From Lama glama (lineage: Eukaryota), in the NCBI GenBank assembly GCA_028534125.1, contig CM052817.1, positions 24,492,001 to 24,556,000 on the forward strand: a DNA stretch of 64,000 bases, given 5' to 3'. The notes beneath the pieces are model-generated. The model ran no database searches. It worked only from the letters and a program-made list of their open reading frames with translations, and had not been told where the DNA came from. Positions 25,345 through 39,369 of the stretch are shown here, piece after piece. Every line of letters begins with the position of its first letter. Position 1 is the stretch's first letter. The position numbers were made by a program, and so were the translations under genes.

Positions 25345-28300
25345 ATCTTTTTCTGAAATCAAATTTGTATATAATGAAACAGAGATCTTAAGTCCAATTT
25401 GAGTTTTGAGAATGTATTCACTTGTGTATTCACACTGTTACAAAGCTATAGCACATCCCATCACCCCAAAACTACCCATGTGCTCCCACCAGTCAGTCTC
25501 CACCCTACGTAAGCATCATTCTTCTGATTTCCATCACCATAGATTAGTTTTGTTTTGTTTTGTTTTTAACTTCATTCCAGTAGAATCATAGCATAGGCAC
25601 TTGATCTGGGTTCTATCATTCAGCGTTAAGATCTTGGAGATTCATCACTGTTGGGTCTGTATCAGTAGTTCGTACTTTTGTATTGTTGAGTAGTATTCTG
25701 TTTTATAAGCAAACCACAAACTGTTTATACATTATCCTTTTGGTGGACATTTAGGTTGTGTCCAGTTTTTTGCTCTTAAGAATTATGCTGCTAAGAATGT
25801 TTTGAAGAATATCTCTGTATATTTTTTTTTCTTCATTGTTGATTAAATACCTAGGAGTGGAACTGCTGGCTCAAAAGCTGGATGGATATTTAACCCTATA
25901 AACTATCAGTTTCTGAAAACGGTTGCAACATTTCACACTCCCATCAGTAATCGATGAGTAATTTAAATGCTTTACCTCTTTTGGTTGCATCTGTCTCCTG
26001 GTGCATGCGAATTAGTATCTCACTAGGGCTTCAGTTGCATCTCTCTTAGTAAAATTGATATTGAGCATCTTTCATGTGCATATTGGGTGTTCATATATAT
26101 TTTTTGTGTGGTGTTTAAGTCTTTAATTGATTTCTTTCATTCGGTTGTCTTTTTGTTACTTATTGGCAGAATTTTATATTCTGGATACAAGTCCTTTGTC
26201 AAATATACATACTACAAACATTTTTTCATAGTCTGTAGCATGTCCCTTTTATTTCCCTAAACTATGTGTTTTGATGAACAGAAGTTTTTAATTTTGGTGA
26301 ATTCTACTTATCAATTTTTTTAATATTTAGTGCTTTTTGCATCCAAAGACATCTTTTCCTATCACAAGACAGCAATTATTCTCTTATGTTTTCTTCCAGA
26401 AACTATGTAATTTTAGCTTTTAAGTTTAGGTCCATGATGCAGTTTGAGATGATTTTTATACATGGTATGAGACAGGGGTTGGGATTCATTTTTAAATCAT
26501 TATTTAGGTGACCTTGTGCCACTTGTTTAAAAGATTTTCTTTTCCCTCATTACTGCGACAGCGTTGTTGACAGTCAGTTAACTGTATGTGTGGATCTGTT
26601 TCTGGACTGCGTTTTGTTTCACTGGTGAGTTGGTCAGTTCTTCCTTCAGTACCGCATTGCCCTGATTACTGTAGCTTTACAGTCAGCCTTGGAGTTGAGT
26701 GGTCTAAGTCCTCCTTCTGTGCTTTTTCTTTTTCAAGATTCTTTTGGCTATTTCAGATCTTTCTAATGGATTTTCCATGTAAAATCCATTTCTATAAAAC
26801 AGCCTGCTGGGATTTTGATTGGAATTCTGTGGACTGTGAGGATGAATATGGACATAATTGACATCCAGACAATATTGAGGCTCCCAATCCATGAACATGG
26901 ATATCTCAACAGTATATATAGTAGTTTGCAGTGACGAAGTCTTACACATCTTTTGTTCAATTATTTCCTAAGTATTTTAAATGTTATATGCTATTTTAAG
27001 TGGAATTACTTTATACAATTTTTTAACTATTTGCTGCTAGTATGCAGAAATACAATTGACATTTCATATTTATATATCCTGTGATTTTACTAAATTCAGT
27101 TGTGTGAGTTTGAATAATTCTTGTGTAAATTCCTTAGCATTTTCTAAATAGACAGACATGTCTTTTGGAAATAAAAAGTTAGACTTCTGCCGTTTGGGTT
27201 GTTACATTTTATTTCTATTTCTTGCCTTATTGCACTAGCTTATTGTGCTCCAGGATAAGTTGTTGAACAAAAGCAGATATTTTTCTTTTTCAGTCTTAGG
27301 CAGAAAGTGAATGTTCTCAATTTCACTACCAGATTTCTATTTTACTATTTTCCTGTGTGCTTTCTGTCTTTTTTTTTCCCTCTGCTCCTCCTTGACTGCC
27401 TTCTTTCGTGCTAAGTAAATATTTTTGTAAACCATCTTAATTCCACTATTGATTTTTAAACTATATTTATTTTATTGAGATATATAATTAACATATAATA
27501 TTATATTTCATGTGCACAGCACAAGTCAATATTTGCATATACTGTGAAAAGATCACCACAATAAATCTAGTTAACATCCATCACCACACAGATTTTTTTT
27601 CTTGTGATGAGAACTTTTAAGATTTATTCTCTTAGAAACTTTCAAATATACAATACAGTATTATTAGCTAGAGTCACCATGCTATACATTACATCCCTAA
27701 AAGTCTGTACCTTTTAATTACCTTCACCCATAATGCCCACCCTAAGCTATATTTTAAAAATTATTTTTATAGTGGTTGATTTATGTATTAGAATAGTCTC
27801 CTTCAGAAATTAACACTAACTTAATTTCAGTAAAATATGGAAATGTGTTTCAAATTGACTCCACTCCCTCCCCCTTTGTGTTAACATTGTCATATACTGC
27901 TATATCTCTGTAAGTAATAAATCCAATAAAATAGCCTATGATTATTGCTTTGTATAACTTATGTCTTTTAAAGAATTTGGGAAATGAGAAATGTTTCTAT
28001 AGAAAACATATTTTATATTCACACACATATCTGGTGCTTTCCATTTCCCTAGTAGATTCAAGTCACTGTCTAGAGCCAGTTCCTTTTAGCCTGATGGACT
28101 CTTTGGTGTTTTTTATAAGGCCAGGACTACTAGCAATAAATGCTTTCCATCTTTATCTATAACTTTTACTTTCATTTTTGAAGGGTAGTTTTCTGCATAT
28201 AGAATTCTTGGTTTACAGGGTTCTGAAAATGCCTTTCAGCGTTTTGATTTTGTCATTCCACTGTCTTCGGGCCTCCATTGTTTCTGTTTCTGGTGAAGTC

Positions 28301-29700
28301 AACCAGTATATTTATTGATTCTCTGCTATATGGAACTACTTGTTTTCCTCTGTGCTCAGAATTTTCTGTCTTTGGCTTTCTACACTTTTATTGTCATGTG
28401 TCCAGGTATGAACCTCTTTGTATTTATTTTACTTGCATGTTGTTGAGCTTCTTGGATGTTTAAATTAATATTCTTCATCAAATTTGGGAAATTTCAACTA
28501 TTATTTCTTCAAGAATCTTCCTACCTTTGCCTGTTCTCTCCTTTTCTTCTGGGACTCCTTCATGTGTTTGTATACTTGATGTCCCACAGGTCTGTAAGGG
28601 TCTGTTTATTTATCTTTATTCTCAGCTCTTCAGATTGGGTTATTTCTATAGATCAACCTTCAGTGGCACTGATTCTTCTGCCGTTTCAAAGCTGTTATTA
28701 CTTTCTAGTGAATTTTTATTTCAGTTATTAAACTTTTCAACTCTAAAATTCTTTTTTTTTTTTATAATTTCTCTCTCCTCCCTGTTGAACCGTATTTGTT
28801 TATTCATTGTTGTCATACTTTCCTGTAATTCATTGAATAGAATTTCCTTTACTTCTTTGAACATGTTTATACTAGCTTCTCTGGAGCCTTTGTCTGCTCT
28901 ACGAGCAGGGAACATTAGAGATGGTTTCTGATGACTGTTTTTCCATAAGTATGTGTCACACTTCCCTGTTTCTTTGCATGTCCCATAATTTTTTGTTGAA
29001 AACTCGATAATGTAGCAACTCTGGATTCTGGTATTTTCCTGAAGATTATTATTGTTGCTGTTTGTTTGTTTCACTCTTTGTTAATTTGCCTGAGCTAATT
29101 CCATGAACTCTGTCTTCCCTGTATTATTCTTCCACTGACATCTCTGTTCAGTTTGTATATAGACAAAGACATTGGTATTTTTTTGTTTGTTTTAGTTTTC
29201 AGCCCTGGTATTCTAAGAGTCATCCCATATGTCTGTATTGGTTGATCATGACAGGTTGTGCTCAACCACTTTGTCAGTGAGTCTTCTGTTCACAATTTAT
29301 GAATCCCTGTATGGGGTGGGTAACACATTTAAACCTTAGGTTATTTAAAACTGTGCTCTGACCTTTATTTGGGCCCTATGTGTATTTGCATAGCCTTAAG
29401 TTTGGTTAGGAGTGTGAATAGCTTGGATTCTCTCTGGTGTTCTTTGCATGTGCATGTAATCTCAGCCATAATTATGCTTTCCCCAACCATGACTGTATCC
29501 TCAGGCTAGTAGAACTATTTGGCCCTTCCCGCTTGCCCACTGTTGAGATCATTATTTCTACCAAACATGGCACTGGGAATGGGCATTGCCCACCAGTCCA
29601 GATCAAGTCAGGCCCTTTACCTGCAGCAGATAAATGCCAGCCCCATGGCCTGGCTTGCCCTGCCCTAGCAGAACCTCCATGTCAGCCTTGCTGGCCAACA
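25345..29700 (-). mobile_element. Old LINE-1 composite with a nested L1 3' end at about 27465-27745
   Basis: Antisense L1 text; ORF2-like peptide (ORF 26763-26960) and ORF1-like coiled-coil peptide (ORF 28721-29074). Confidence 0.85.
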
Positions 29701-29754
29701 GCAATTGTGGGACGCCAATAATTGTAAGTGGCATTTCTTCAATTATGCAACTAG

Positions 29755-29978
29755 AAATTGATGAAATGTGGTTATATCAGTTGGGAAAGCAGCAAAGCAG
29801 CACTTACCTGAATCCTAAAATGCACTGCTGCTTGTGTGAGGGTTTTGATCATTCAGCTATCCCCTGAACCTTCATGGAAATGAGCCCCCACTTCTTTGAC
29901 CATTTCAGTGTAGTTAAGTGGACCCAGTCACATGACAAGAGAAAATAGGCTATTTCCCAAAACATGCACACCTGCAAG
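29755..29978 (+). pseudogene. Gene B exon (IDEMWLYQLG..NPKMHCCLCEG/VLIIQLSPEPSW../SGPSHMTRENRLFPKTCTPA)
   Basis: Acceptor ..atgcaactag, donor gtaaac; frameshifted; last frame ends phase 2. Confidence 0.5.
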
Positions 29979-31283
29979 GTAAACATTTATTTCATTTTCT
30001 GACTTTACTACCATCTTTACCCATCCTATTATGGGCATTTGTCTTTACAGCCCCCTCCCTGAAAAGAGCAGGGCACACAATCCATCAGTTTTGTTACATG
30101 CAGCTTATTGAGCCCCCTGAAAAAGATACTGTTATTGTCAATTCTGTAGAAAAACATTAGGACAAGACAGACTAAAACTGACTTAGTGTAGGTTTTGTAC
30201 CCCCATTGCATTTGGTCATTTAGTATTAACATCCAAAATAATGGCCACAAAAAAAGAAGACAGAATGCAAAGGAAGATGATAATAAGGTGGAGAAATGCA
30301 CACGGTTAATATCAAACCATATTTTTAAATAGAGAAGATGTAGAATTCACTGCTAAGCTTTTATGGGTTTTAGGTCTATTTGTGGCTAGGAGCTTTATGA
30401 TCACTTTGTTTTACAGATTTCTAGCTCCATATTTTTATTGTTTACTTTCTTCTTGAATATCAGTCCCTTTGGAAGCCAAAATAAACAAAAATAGGATAAA
30501 GCCTTTGGTGGAAAATCCTTCTCACCAAATGCAAACACTGATTTACGAACAACAATAAGCTGTTGTGTTAACAGTAAGATTGTATCTGCAAAAGAAAAAA
30601 ATTAACATAGTAATTTGCTGTATACTTTCGTAATTCCATGATGAGTCTTCAGAAACACTGTGTAGACACAGAAGTTCATTCAAGTAAATCAGTTGCTTAT
30701 TCCCAAATGTATTTTAAAGTTGCTTTAACATCTGGACTAGATTGCAAGAAATACACAGTGAAAAGTAGAAGCGTTTCTACTATATCTGTAGCAACTCAAA
30801 AATTATTTTACTTTATACTTCTTGTTAATGGCATGTTTGTAAGTCTATTTTGAAGTCTTATTCACTGAAAAAAGACAAAAAAAAAACTTCAGTTACAGCA
30901 AAATCTCTTTTGTAGAATTTACTGCTTTGTATTCAAATTCTGTTATAACCTGTAGCCAATTTTCAGCATGGTCAGCAGAATAAAATCAAGGGAAATTATG
31001 CCTCTAAAAAGCACAAAAACAAAACCAAAAAGAAAAACAAGAAACAGAAAATTATCCCTAAGTTATGGCAGAGATTTTTTTTCTTTTGAAAGAATTCCCT
31101 GAAGGAAAAGAGTGAATAGAGAAGGCTTTATCATTTCAGAGCTCATGGAGAGATTTATAGAAGAGTCATTTAGGAGCAGTGAGGGAAAAACAGATGGGTC
31201 CCAACTGGACATAAAAGAGGAGAAGTAGTTGCTCTCTGGCTGCGTGGTTGTTTTATGGTTCTCCCCTCGCGCATCACAGTACT

Positions 31284-31735
31284 GCATCAGTCAGGGATCC
31301 AACAGGTAACAGATGGCACACTCAAACTCGCTTATTTCTAGAGGGTTTAAGAAACGGACTTTCAGTTTCAGCAAAGGTGTGGGAAAAGTGGAGAGAAATT
31401 ACAGCGCACTGGGACCACTAAGAACAGAGCTGTTATTACCCCAGGTCCAAAGGACTCAGAAGAAAGTATATTTACAAGTCCTAGAGAGAAGGCCCTCTTG
31501 AGGGGATCCTACAGAGCAGGAACCTGGGGAATAAAGACCCTGATTTCTCTTTCCTTTCTGCCTCTGGCCTCACGCTGTGGCTCCCAATGTCTACACATCA
31601 CAGGAGGCTGGTAGACTTCCAGGGGACCCATTGATGCAGTTTGTACAGATCATCCTCAGGCTGGGGGAGAAAGGAGGTAGAGAAGGATGAGGAGCGGACC
31701 TGGAGGGGCAAAAGGAAGACAGCTGACCCATGTGC
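31284..31735 (-). mobile_element. Ancient ERVL/MaLR-type LTR
   Basis: tgcatcagtcaggg..acagatggcacactcaaa ... ctggaggggcaaa; subfamily not determined. Confidence 0.5.
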
Positions 31736-33022
31736 TGTTGTAGAATGCTGCTCTTATGCAACTTATAGTCCAGTGGGGAGACCTGGTTAAAAACAACCAC
31801 AACAAAATTAAATAGAAACACAGAAGAGAATAGCATCAATACAGGACTCTAATCCAAACTTTTTAATGAAGGACCTCCCTCCTATCTCAGATGAGCCACC
31901 CAAAGGGTTTCCCCATGAACAGTCTGTGGTTCCCCTCCTCTTTGAACTACACCAAGTATTTCTGGGACCAGTTGAGTTAGTAGAATTCTCCGTTTTTTAA
32001 GAAGCTACTATGTGCCAGACATGTTTAAAAACATAATATATATTTTATATATTAAGTTGGTTAAATAAAGGACTCAGTTCCAACCCTCAAGGATGCAAGG
32101 AAAGAAAGGCACCTCTAAACAATGTCTGGATGGACCTATCAAGGGAGATTAGAGCAGACCCACTGGGAGGAGGGGGACTGGGACTCATTGCTCCTCTTAA
32201 GCACTTTATATGTATAAATTCATTCTTCCTGTCATGAACCCTAGAGGATCCATTCTTTTACCATCCTCGTTTCCCATGTGGAAAAACTGAGGCACAAAGA
32301 GTTAAATGCCCAAGGTCAACAGTAAGTAAGTAATGGAGGTCCAATCTAAGCTAAGTACTGTCCCATTACATTGCCCTCCCGGCCACTTCCCAACCCTGAA
32401 AGGTAACAAAAGGAGGAAGGGCAGAGGAGGGAAAGGTCATTAATGACAATAGCTGTCGTTTAAGGAGGACCTAGAGGCATACCTTGGAGATACTGTGGGT
32501 TCCATTGCAGCCCACCACAATAAAGGGAATATCTCAATAAAGCCAATCAGGAATTTTTTAGTTTCCCATGTGCATATAAAAGTTATGTTTACAAAATACT
32601 ATTGTCTGTTAAGTATGCAGTAGCATTATGTCTAAAAAAGCCATGTACGTACCTTAATTAAAAAATACTTTGTGAAAAAAATACTTTATGGCTGAAAAAT
32701 GCTCACCATAATTTGAACCTTCAGCAAGTCTTAATCTTTTTGCTGGTGGAGAGTCTTGCCTTGATGTTGGTGGCTGCTCACTGAACAGGGTGATGGATGC
32801 TGAAGGCTGGGGTGGCTGTGGCAGTTTCTTCAAATAAGACAGCAATGAGGTTTGCTTCATTGATCAACTTTTCCTTTCACGAACAAGTTCTTTGTCACCC
32901 ACAGTGCTGTTTGATAGCATTTTACCCACGATAAAACTTACAAAAATTGGAGTCAGTCCTCTCAAACCCTGCCACTGCTTTATCAACTAAGGTGATGTGT
33001 AGTATTCCAAATCCTCTGTTGT

Positions 33023-33547
33023 TGTTGGGGGAAACACAGTGGGCCAGTGTCATGAGTGACAAAAGAATTTCCCAGAGGCAAGGAGAAGTTTAAGAACAAA
33101 GGAAAAGTTTAATAGATATGCTGCTACAGGCAACAGTGGGCCACACAGACGAGAGGTACCTGGGTGAGCGCTGAGGTAACGTGCAGAGTCTTTTACTGAG
33201 GAAGGGGCTGTGGACACAATGGGATGGGGAACAGATTTCTGACTGGCTGTAAATAAGGTGAAGGGCTTTGGTATATGGGAGAACAGTGGGTTTATGACTC
33301 CAGGAAGATGTTGACATGAGCTGACACAAAGAAGGCAGTGGAACTTACGACTCCAATAAGGAGAGGACGTGGGCTGTGACAAGTCAGCCTGAGCTCCAGT
33401 GAGGCTAGCCATTCCCCAGGGCTGTTAATTCTGCCAAGGCAAACACACGTCAGGACTTTATCTTCTGAAGAAGAGCAGACAGATGCCTAAGGGCTGGAAG
33501 TTGGGGGTGGGGGTCACAGGCCTCAGCAGGCACCAGTTGACACCGCA
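33023..33547 (-). mobile_element. Solo ERV LTR inserted in Tigger1
   Basis: TG...CA termini, perfect 5-bp TSD GTTGT (33018-22, 33548-52), minus-strand ATTAAA near 33110. Confidence 0.85.
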
Positions 33548-33875
33548 GTTGTCACTTCAGCAGGCTTCACAGCATCTTCACCAGGAGTTAATTTCCATCT
33601 GTAGAAACCACTTTCTTTGCTCTTCCATAAGAAGCAGCTCTTCATGCGTTAAATTTTGGTCACAAGATTGCAGGAATTCAGTCACATCTTCAAGCTCCAC
33701 TTGTAATTCTGCTTCTCATTATTTCCACCACACCTGCAGTTCCTTCCTCTGCTGAAGTTCTGGACCCCTCAAAGTCATCCATGAGGATTGAAATCAAGTT
33801 CTTCCAAATTCCTGTTAATGTTGATATTTTGACCTCTTCCCATGAATCTTGAATGTTCTTAATGGTATGTAGAAT

Positions 33876-34456
33876 TGTTAGGCAGTTAGATAGAAATGAA
33901 CACCGGGCAGGGGGAGAGGCAGGGGAAAGAAACAACCCAGAAAATAACAGTAGGTCTGCACTCAGGATAAGGGACTCCAGAAACTTTTACTTTCCCTAAA
34001 TGAAGACCAGCCAAAAAAGCCAGCTAAAATCAAAACGCTGCAGCTGCGCGTAAGAGAGAAGGACCCAGTGAAACCTGACCCAATGCTCATTACAGTGTAA
34101 TTAACATTACAGTCTGAGCCCCCTCCCTGGGGTTTCTCTGTACTTCATGGGTAAGAACCTGCCACAAAGCGGATGGGCGTGTCTGAGCACAAGGAACCTG
34201 AGCCCGTAATCAATCAATCAATCACAAAAGCGCCCCTAAGCCAGGACATGAGATGGAAAAACAAAGGAGCAGCGCCATTTTTCCTCTCTCAGATTGGCCC
34301 GCTCCCAGGTCTCAGGAGTGTACTATTCTTTTACTATCTTTTTACTTTACTGATAAAAATCTTGCTTATATCATTCTTTCTGTCTCTTGTTAAAACTTCT
34401 TTTTTTGGGGGTGACTAAGAACCAAGATAATTCTTATTTCCCTCCTCCCGGTAACA
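33876..34456 (+). mobile_element. Solo ERV LTR inserted in Tigger1
   Basis: TGTTA...TAACA inverted termini; Tigger1 resumes after it; no clear TSD. Confidence 0.8.
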
Positions 34457-34557
34457 TTACGGTGAAGAATCTCTAGAATGTTTTCAATTGGCTTTGCCCA
34501 GATCCATGAGAGAAAATCACTATCTATGGCAGCTGTAGCCTTACAAAATATACTCCT

Positions 34558-36575
34558 TTGGTGATTATTTGTTCTTTTTTTCCTTCCATTTTTATTGAGA
34601 CATGAGACATACAGAGCTAGAAATTGAAGGTGTTCAGCATACTGATTACCTCAGGAAATAATTATCATAATAAGTTTCGTGAAAATGCATCATCTCATAT
34701 ACATACATAAAAATTAAAGAAGTAGAGAAAATTTTTTTCCTGTGATGAGAATGTTTAGGATTTACTCTCAACAACTTTCGTATGTAACATACAGCAATGT
34801 TAATTATATTTATTATGTTGTACAGTACATCCCTAGTACTTATTTACCTAATAACTAGAAGTTTCTACCTTTCACTGCCTTTAAATCCAATTCCCCATCC
34901 CCCCACCCTATCTCTGGTAACCACAAATCTGATCTTTTTTTCTGAGTTTTTGAAGTGTAATTGACCTACCAAACTGTGTTAGTTCCTGTTACACAACATA
35001 GTGATTTGCTACTTCTATACATTTCAAACTGATCACCATGGTAAGTCTGGTTACACTATGTCACCACACAAAGATATTACAGTTTTTGACTGTATTCCCC
35101 TCACCGTACGTTTCATACCTTTGTGTCATTTACTTTGCAGCTGGAAGTTTGTACTTCTTAATTCCCCTCACCTATTTCTTTCCTCCCCCTACACCCCACC
35201 CTTATGGCACATTATCTCTTTGTTCTCTGTATTTATGACTCTGTTTCTATTTTGTTATGTTTGTTCATTTGTTTGTTTCTCAGGTGCCATTTGTAAGTAG
35301 AATCATGCAGCATATGTCTTTCTCTGTTTGACTTATGTCACTTAGCATAATAGCCTCTAGGCCCATCCATGTTGTTGCAGATAGCAAGATTTCATTCTTT
35401 TTTATGGCTGAGTCATATGCCATTGTATATATACATACCACGTTTTCTTTATCCATTCATCTATTGGTGGGTACTTGGGTTGCTCCCATATCTTGCCTAT
35501 TGCAAACAATGCTGCAGTGAACATAGGGGTACATGTATCTTTTATTATTAGTGTTTTCATTTTCTTTTGATAAATATCCAGAAATGGAATTGCTCAGTCA
35601 TATGGTAGTTCTATTTTTCATTTTTTGAGGAATCTCCATAGTGTTGCTCATAGTGGCTGCACCAGTTTACATTCCCACCAACAGTGCATGAGGGTTCCTT
35701 TTCCTCCACATCCTTGCCAGTACTTGTTATTTGTCGTCTCTTTGATAATAGTCTTTCTAACAGATGTGAAGTGGTATCTCATTGTGGTTTTGATCTGTGT
35801 TTCCCTAATAATTAGTGCTGTTGAGCATCTTTTCATGTGCCCGTTGGCCATCTGTATGTCTTCTGCAGAAAAATATCTGTTCAGATCTTCTGCTGATTTT
35901 TTGATCAGGTGGGGTTTTTTTATGTTGAATTGTAAGAGTTATTTGTATATTTTGGATATTAACCCCTTATCAGGCAGATAGCTTGCAAATTTCTTCTCCC
36001 ATTCAGTAGGTTGCATTTGCATTTTATTGATAGTTTCCTTTGCTATGCAGAACCTTTTTAGTTTGATTAGGTCACTTTTGTTTATTTTTGCTTCTGTTTC
36101 CCTTGCTAAGACCAATGTCAAAGAGCTTACTGCCTATGTTTCCTTCTAGAAGTTTTATGGTTTTAAGCCTTACATTTAAATCTTTAATCCATTTTGAATT
36201 TATTTCTGTGCATAGTGTGAGAGAGTAGTCTAGTTTGATTCTTTTACATGTATCTGTCCAAATGTGGTTTTCCCAACAGTGTTTATTGAAAAGGCTGTCT
36301 TTTCCCCATTGTGTATTCTTCCGTCCTTTGTTGTAGATTAATTGCCTATATAAGTTCATTTCTAGGCTCTCTGTTCTGTTCCATTGATCTGTGTGTCTGA
36401 TTTTTTTTTGCCAACTACCATACTGTTTTGATTACTGTAGCTTTGTAGTATTGTTTGAAATCAGGGAGCATAAGTCCAGTTTTATTCTTTCTTAAGACTG
36501 TGTTGGCTGTTTGGGTCTTTTGTGTTTCCATACAAATTTGGGGATTATTTTTATACTTACCAAATGTTCTCCTTT
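34558..36575 (-). mobile_element. LINE-1 3' 2 kb inserted in Tigger1
   Basis: ORF2 C-terminal peptides (ORFs 35648-35851, 36072-36359); T-rich tail at the left end. Confidence 0.92.
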
Positions 36576-38125
36576 AGAGGAATCACTATCTATGGCAGCT
36601 AGAGCCATATAAAATGTATTCCCTAAATAATAAGTCTTGCAAATCAAAATTACTCATGGATCCATGAGCTGCAGAAAGGATGTTGTGTTAGCAGATGTGA
36701 AAACATTAATCTCGTTGTACATATCCATCATAGCTCTTGGGTGACCAGGTTACCTTATCAATGAGCAGGAATATTTTGAAAGGAATATTTTTTTTTCTGA
36801 GCAGAAGGTCCCAATAATGGGCTGAAAATATTCAATAAATGATATTGTAAATAGATGTGCTCTCATTCAGGCTTTGTTGTTTCATTTATAGAGCACAGAG
36901 TAGATTGAACCTAATTCTTAAAGGCCCTAGGATTTTGAGAGTAATAAATGAGTATTGGCTTTAACTTAAAGTCACCATCTGTGTTAGCCCCTAGCAAGAG
37001 AGTCAGCCTGTTTGAAGCTTGGAAGCCAGGCATTGACTTCTCTCTAGCTATAAAAGTCCTAGACGGCATCTTCCTCCAATGTAAGGATGTTGCATCTATG
37101 TTGAAAATCTGTTGTTTAGTGAAGACTCCTTCATTAAAGACCTGAGCTAGATCTTCTGCATACTTGCTACAGCTTCTACATCAGCACTTGCATCTTCTTT
37201 CCCGAAACCTCATGAACCAACCTCTGCTGGCTGCAAACTTTTCTTCTGCAGCTTCCTCAGCTCTCTCAGCCTTCACTGAATTGGAGAGAATTAGGGTCTT
37301 GGCTCTGGATTAAGCTTTGCCTTAAGGAAGTGTTGTGGCTGGTTTCATCTTCTTTCCAGGTCACTAAAATTTTCTCCATATTAATAGTGGCTGGGCCTGT
37401 TTGCTTTCTTATCATTTGTATGTTCACTGGAGTAGCACTTTAGATGTCCTTCAAGAACTCTTCTTTTGCAATTACAACTTGTTAGCTGGTGCAAGGTACC
37501 TAACTTTTGGCCTATCTCAGCTTTCCACATGCCTTCCTGACTAAGCTTAATCACATCTAGCTTTGGATTTGAAGTGTGACTCTGCCTTTCACTTGAACAC
37601 TTAGAGGCCATTGTAAGGTTATTAATTGGCCTGATTTCAATATTTTTGTGTCTCAGGGAATAGCGAGGCCCAAGGAAAGGGGGAGAGAGGAGGGAATGGC
37701 CAGTTGACAGAGCAGTCAGAACAGACACATTTATCAAGTATATTGTCATATGGGTGAGATGTGTGGCTCCCCAAAACAATTACAATAGTCACGTCAAAGA
37801 TCACTGATTACAGATCACCTAACAAATATAACAATAATGAAAAAGTTTAAAATATTGTGAGAATTAACAAAATGTGACACGGAGACATTGTCTGCAAATG
37901 TTGAAAAAATGCTGTCGATAGATTTGATCAAAGTAGGTTTGCCACACACCTTCAATTTATAAAAACTCGCTGTATCTGTGAAGCAAAGGACAGTAAAACA
38001 AGGTCTGCCTTACTGTGTCCCAGCATTCTGTTAACCACTTTTACTCTTGTAACTAAATAAGACCTTCCAGGACTAAATAATTAATGTTTATTTAATATTT
38101 TCAAAACCACCTGTCCTATAAATAG

Positions 38126-38207
38126 GTTAAAAGCATGGAGTAATGATTCTCTTAAGTCTCTCGATTTTACTGGGTACCTTCACCCATCAGTCGTACATGA
38201 TGATACA
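38126..38207 (+). pseudogene. Gene B exon (82 nt; LKAWSNDSLKSLDFTGYLHPSVVHDDT)
   Basis: Acceptor ..ctataaatag, donor gtaaga; open, phase 2 to 0. Confidence 0.5.
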
Positions 38208-38490
38208 GTAAGAGTCATCACTGCTTTAGAACAGATGTTATAGACTAGTAAGATCAATATAAAAACTTACATTATGCTATATTTTTACTCTGTCCTATTA
38301 TCTAATATTTTAATCATGATTCATATAAAATATTTTTGTTTTAAGCTAATTTATGGATATAAGAATCATAACTAACTTAAGCTCTCACCTTTTTACAAAC
38401 TCCTTTACACAAATACAGTAACATTCTAAATCAACGTGGTCTGACTAGACATAGCTTGGTAAATTTTCTGGAACATTGATAATTCTGTAG

Positions 38491-38578
38491 GGAGAAATAG
38501 AAAGACCTGTCTTTTCCTCATGTACACTGTCTCTGGAAATTCTCTTCAATACAATGGGTGTAACGTTGCTTATCTCAG
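38491..38578 (+). pseudogene. Gene B exon (88 nt; GEIERPVFSSCTLSLEILFNTMGVTLLIS)
   Basis: Acceptor aattctgtag, non-canonical or mutated donor gcaata; open, phase 0 to 1. Confidence 0.5.
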
Positions 38579-39369
38579 GCAATATTTTAGAGCAGTTATG
38601 CATAGACCTTTAGTTTTCAATAGCATGTTAATAGTCTCTCAGTTTAAAATTGCCAGCATATTTTTTATAGAAGCCACAGTTCTTTTAATGGAAGGCTATT
38701 AAAATGAAAAAAAAAATCTCAAGACCTTCAGTATAGCATATGTAACATACTGCTCAGACTAGAAAATATATATATTGTTTATAAACTGACCACATTATAA
38801 CCATATTTTATTTCCAAAGTAGGAAAAAAATTGCGGATAACAATGGTTTTTCCCCCCTAAACCTGCTTTATCTCCTGGCCTCGAAGTAATTTAGGTGCTT
38901 AGGAAAGCACGTTAAGAACTTTAGTCTATGCAGACGCTGGTTCTTGCACAAGTGAATGCAGTTTGGGCTGTAAAAATAGAAAAGCCCTCTCTCTGTTAAG
39001 CGTCAGTAATTCTTTAACTCAGACCCATTGCCCTTCTAATCAGTCTAAATCCTTGCACAGTTTGAATTGTAGAAATATTCGGGGGCAGCTCCATCGTTCA
39101 TACTCACCACTTGTTGGATTTGTATTTGGCTCCAGCTATTATGCTAGTCATGCTCGCATAGCATCTCTCTGTTTTTAGGTTCTAAGGCATTGGCTTCTCC
39201 TTTCCTGCGTTCTGCTTATATGACACTTAGTGATATTGTGGGTAAAGTTGCACCATGAGTGTCCTTGGAGAAACGATCTCTCAAGGCTCCCGTTTTCATA
39301 ATTGTATCGTAGCTCCTTCTGTTAGGGTTGTTGTGAGAAATTAATTGACAAATGTTAATGATGTAATTA

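Larger units (their letters stand above)
32474..38010 (-). mobile_element. Full-length Tigger1 DNA transposon interrupted by three insertions
   Basis: TIRs gaggcatacct.. / ..aggtctgcct flanked by TA (32472, 38011); transposase remnants KLDVIKLSQEGMWKAEIGQKLG and IKNIQDSWEEVKISTLTGIWKNL; about 2.4 kb after removing inserts. Confidence 0.93.

Noticed and set aside
35001..36359. ORF clusters here and at 54170-56127 and 59394-60804
   Set aside because: Fragments of L1 ORF2/3'UTR and their antisense, not host genes.
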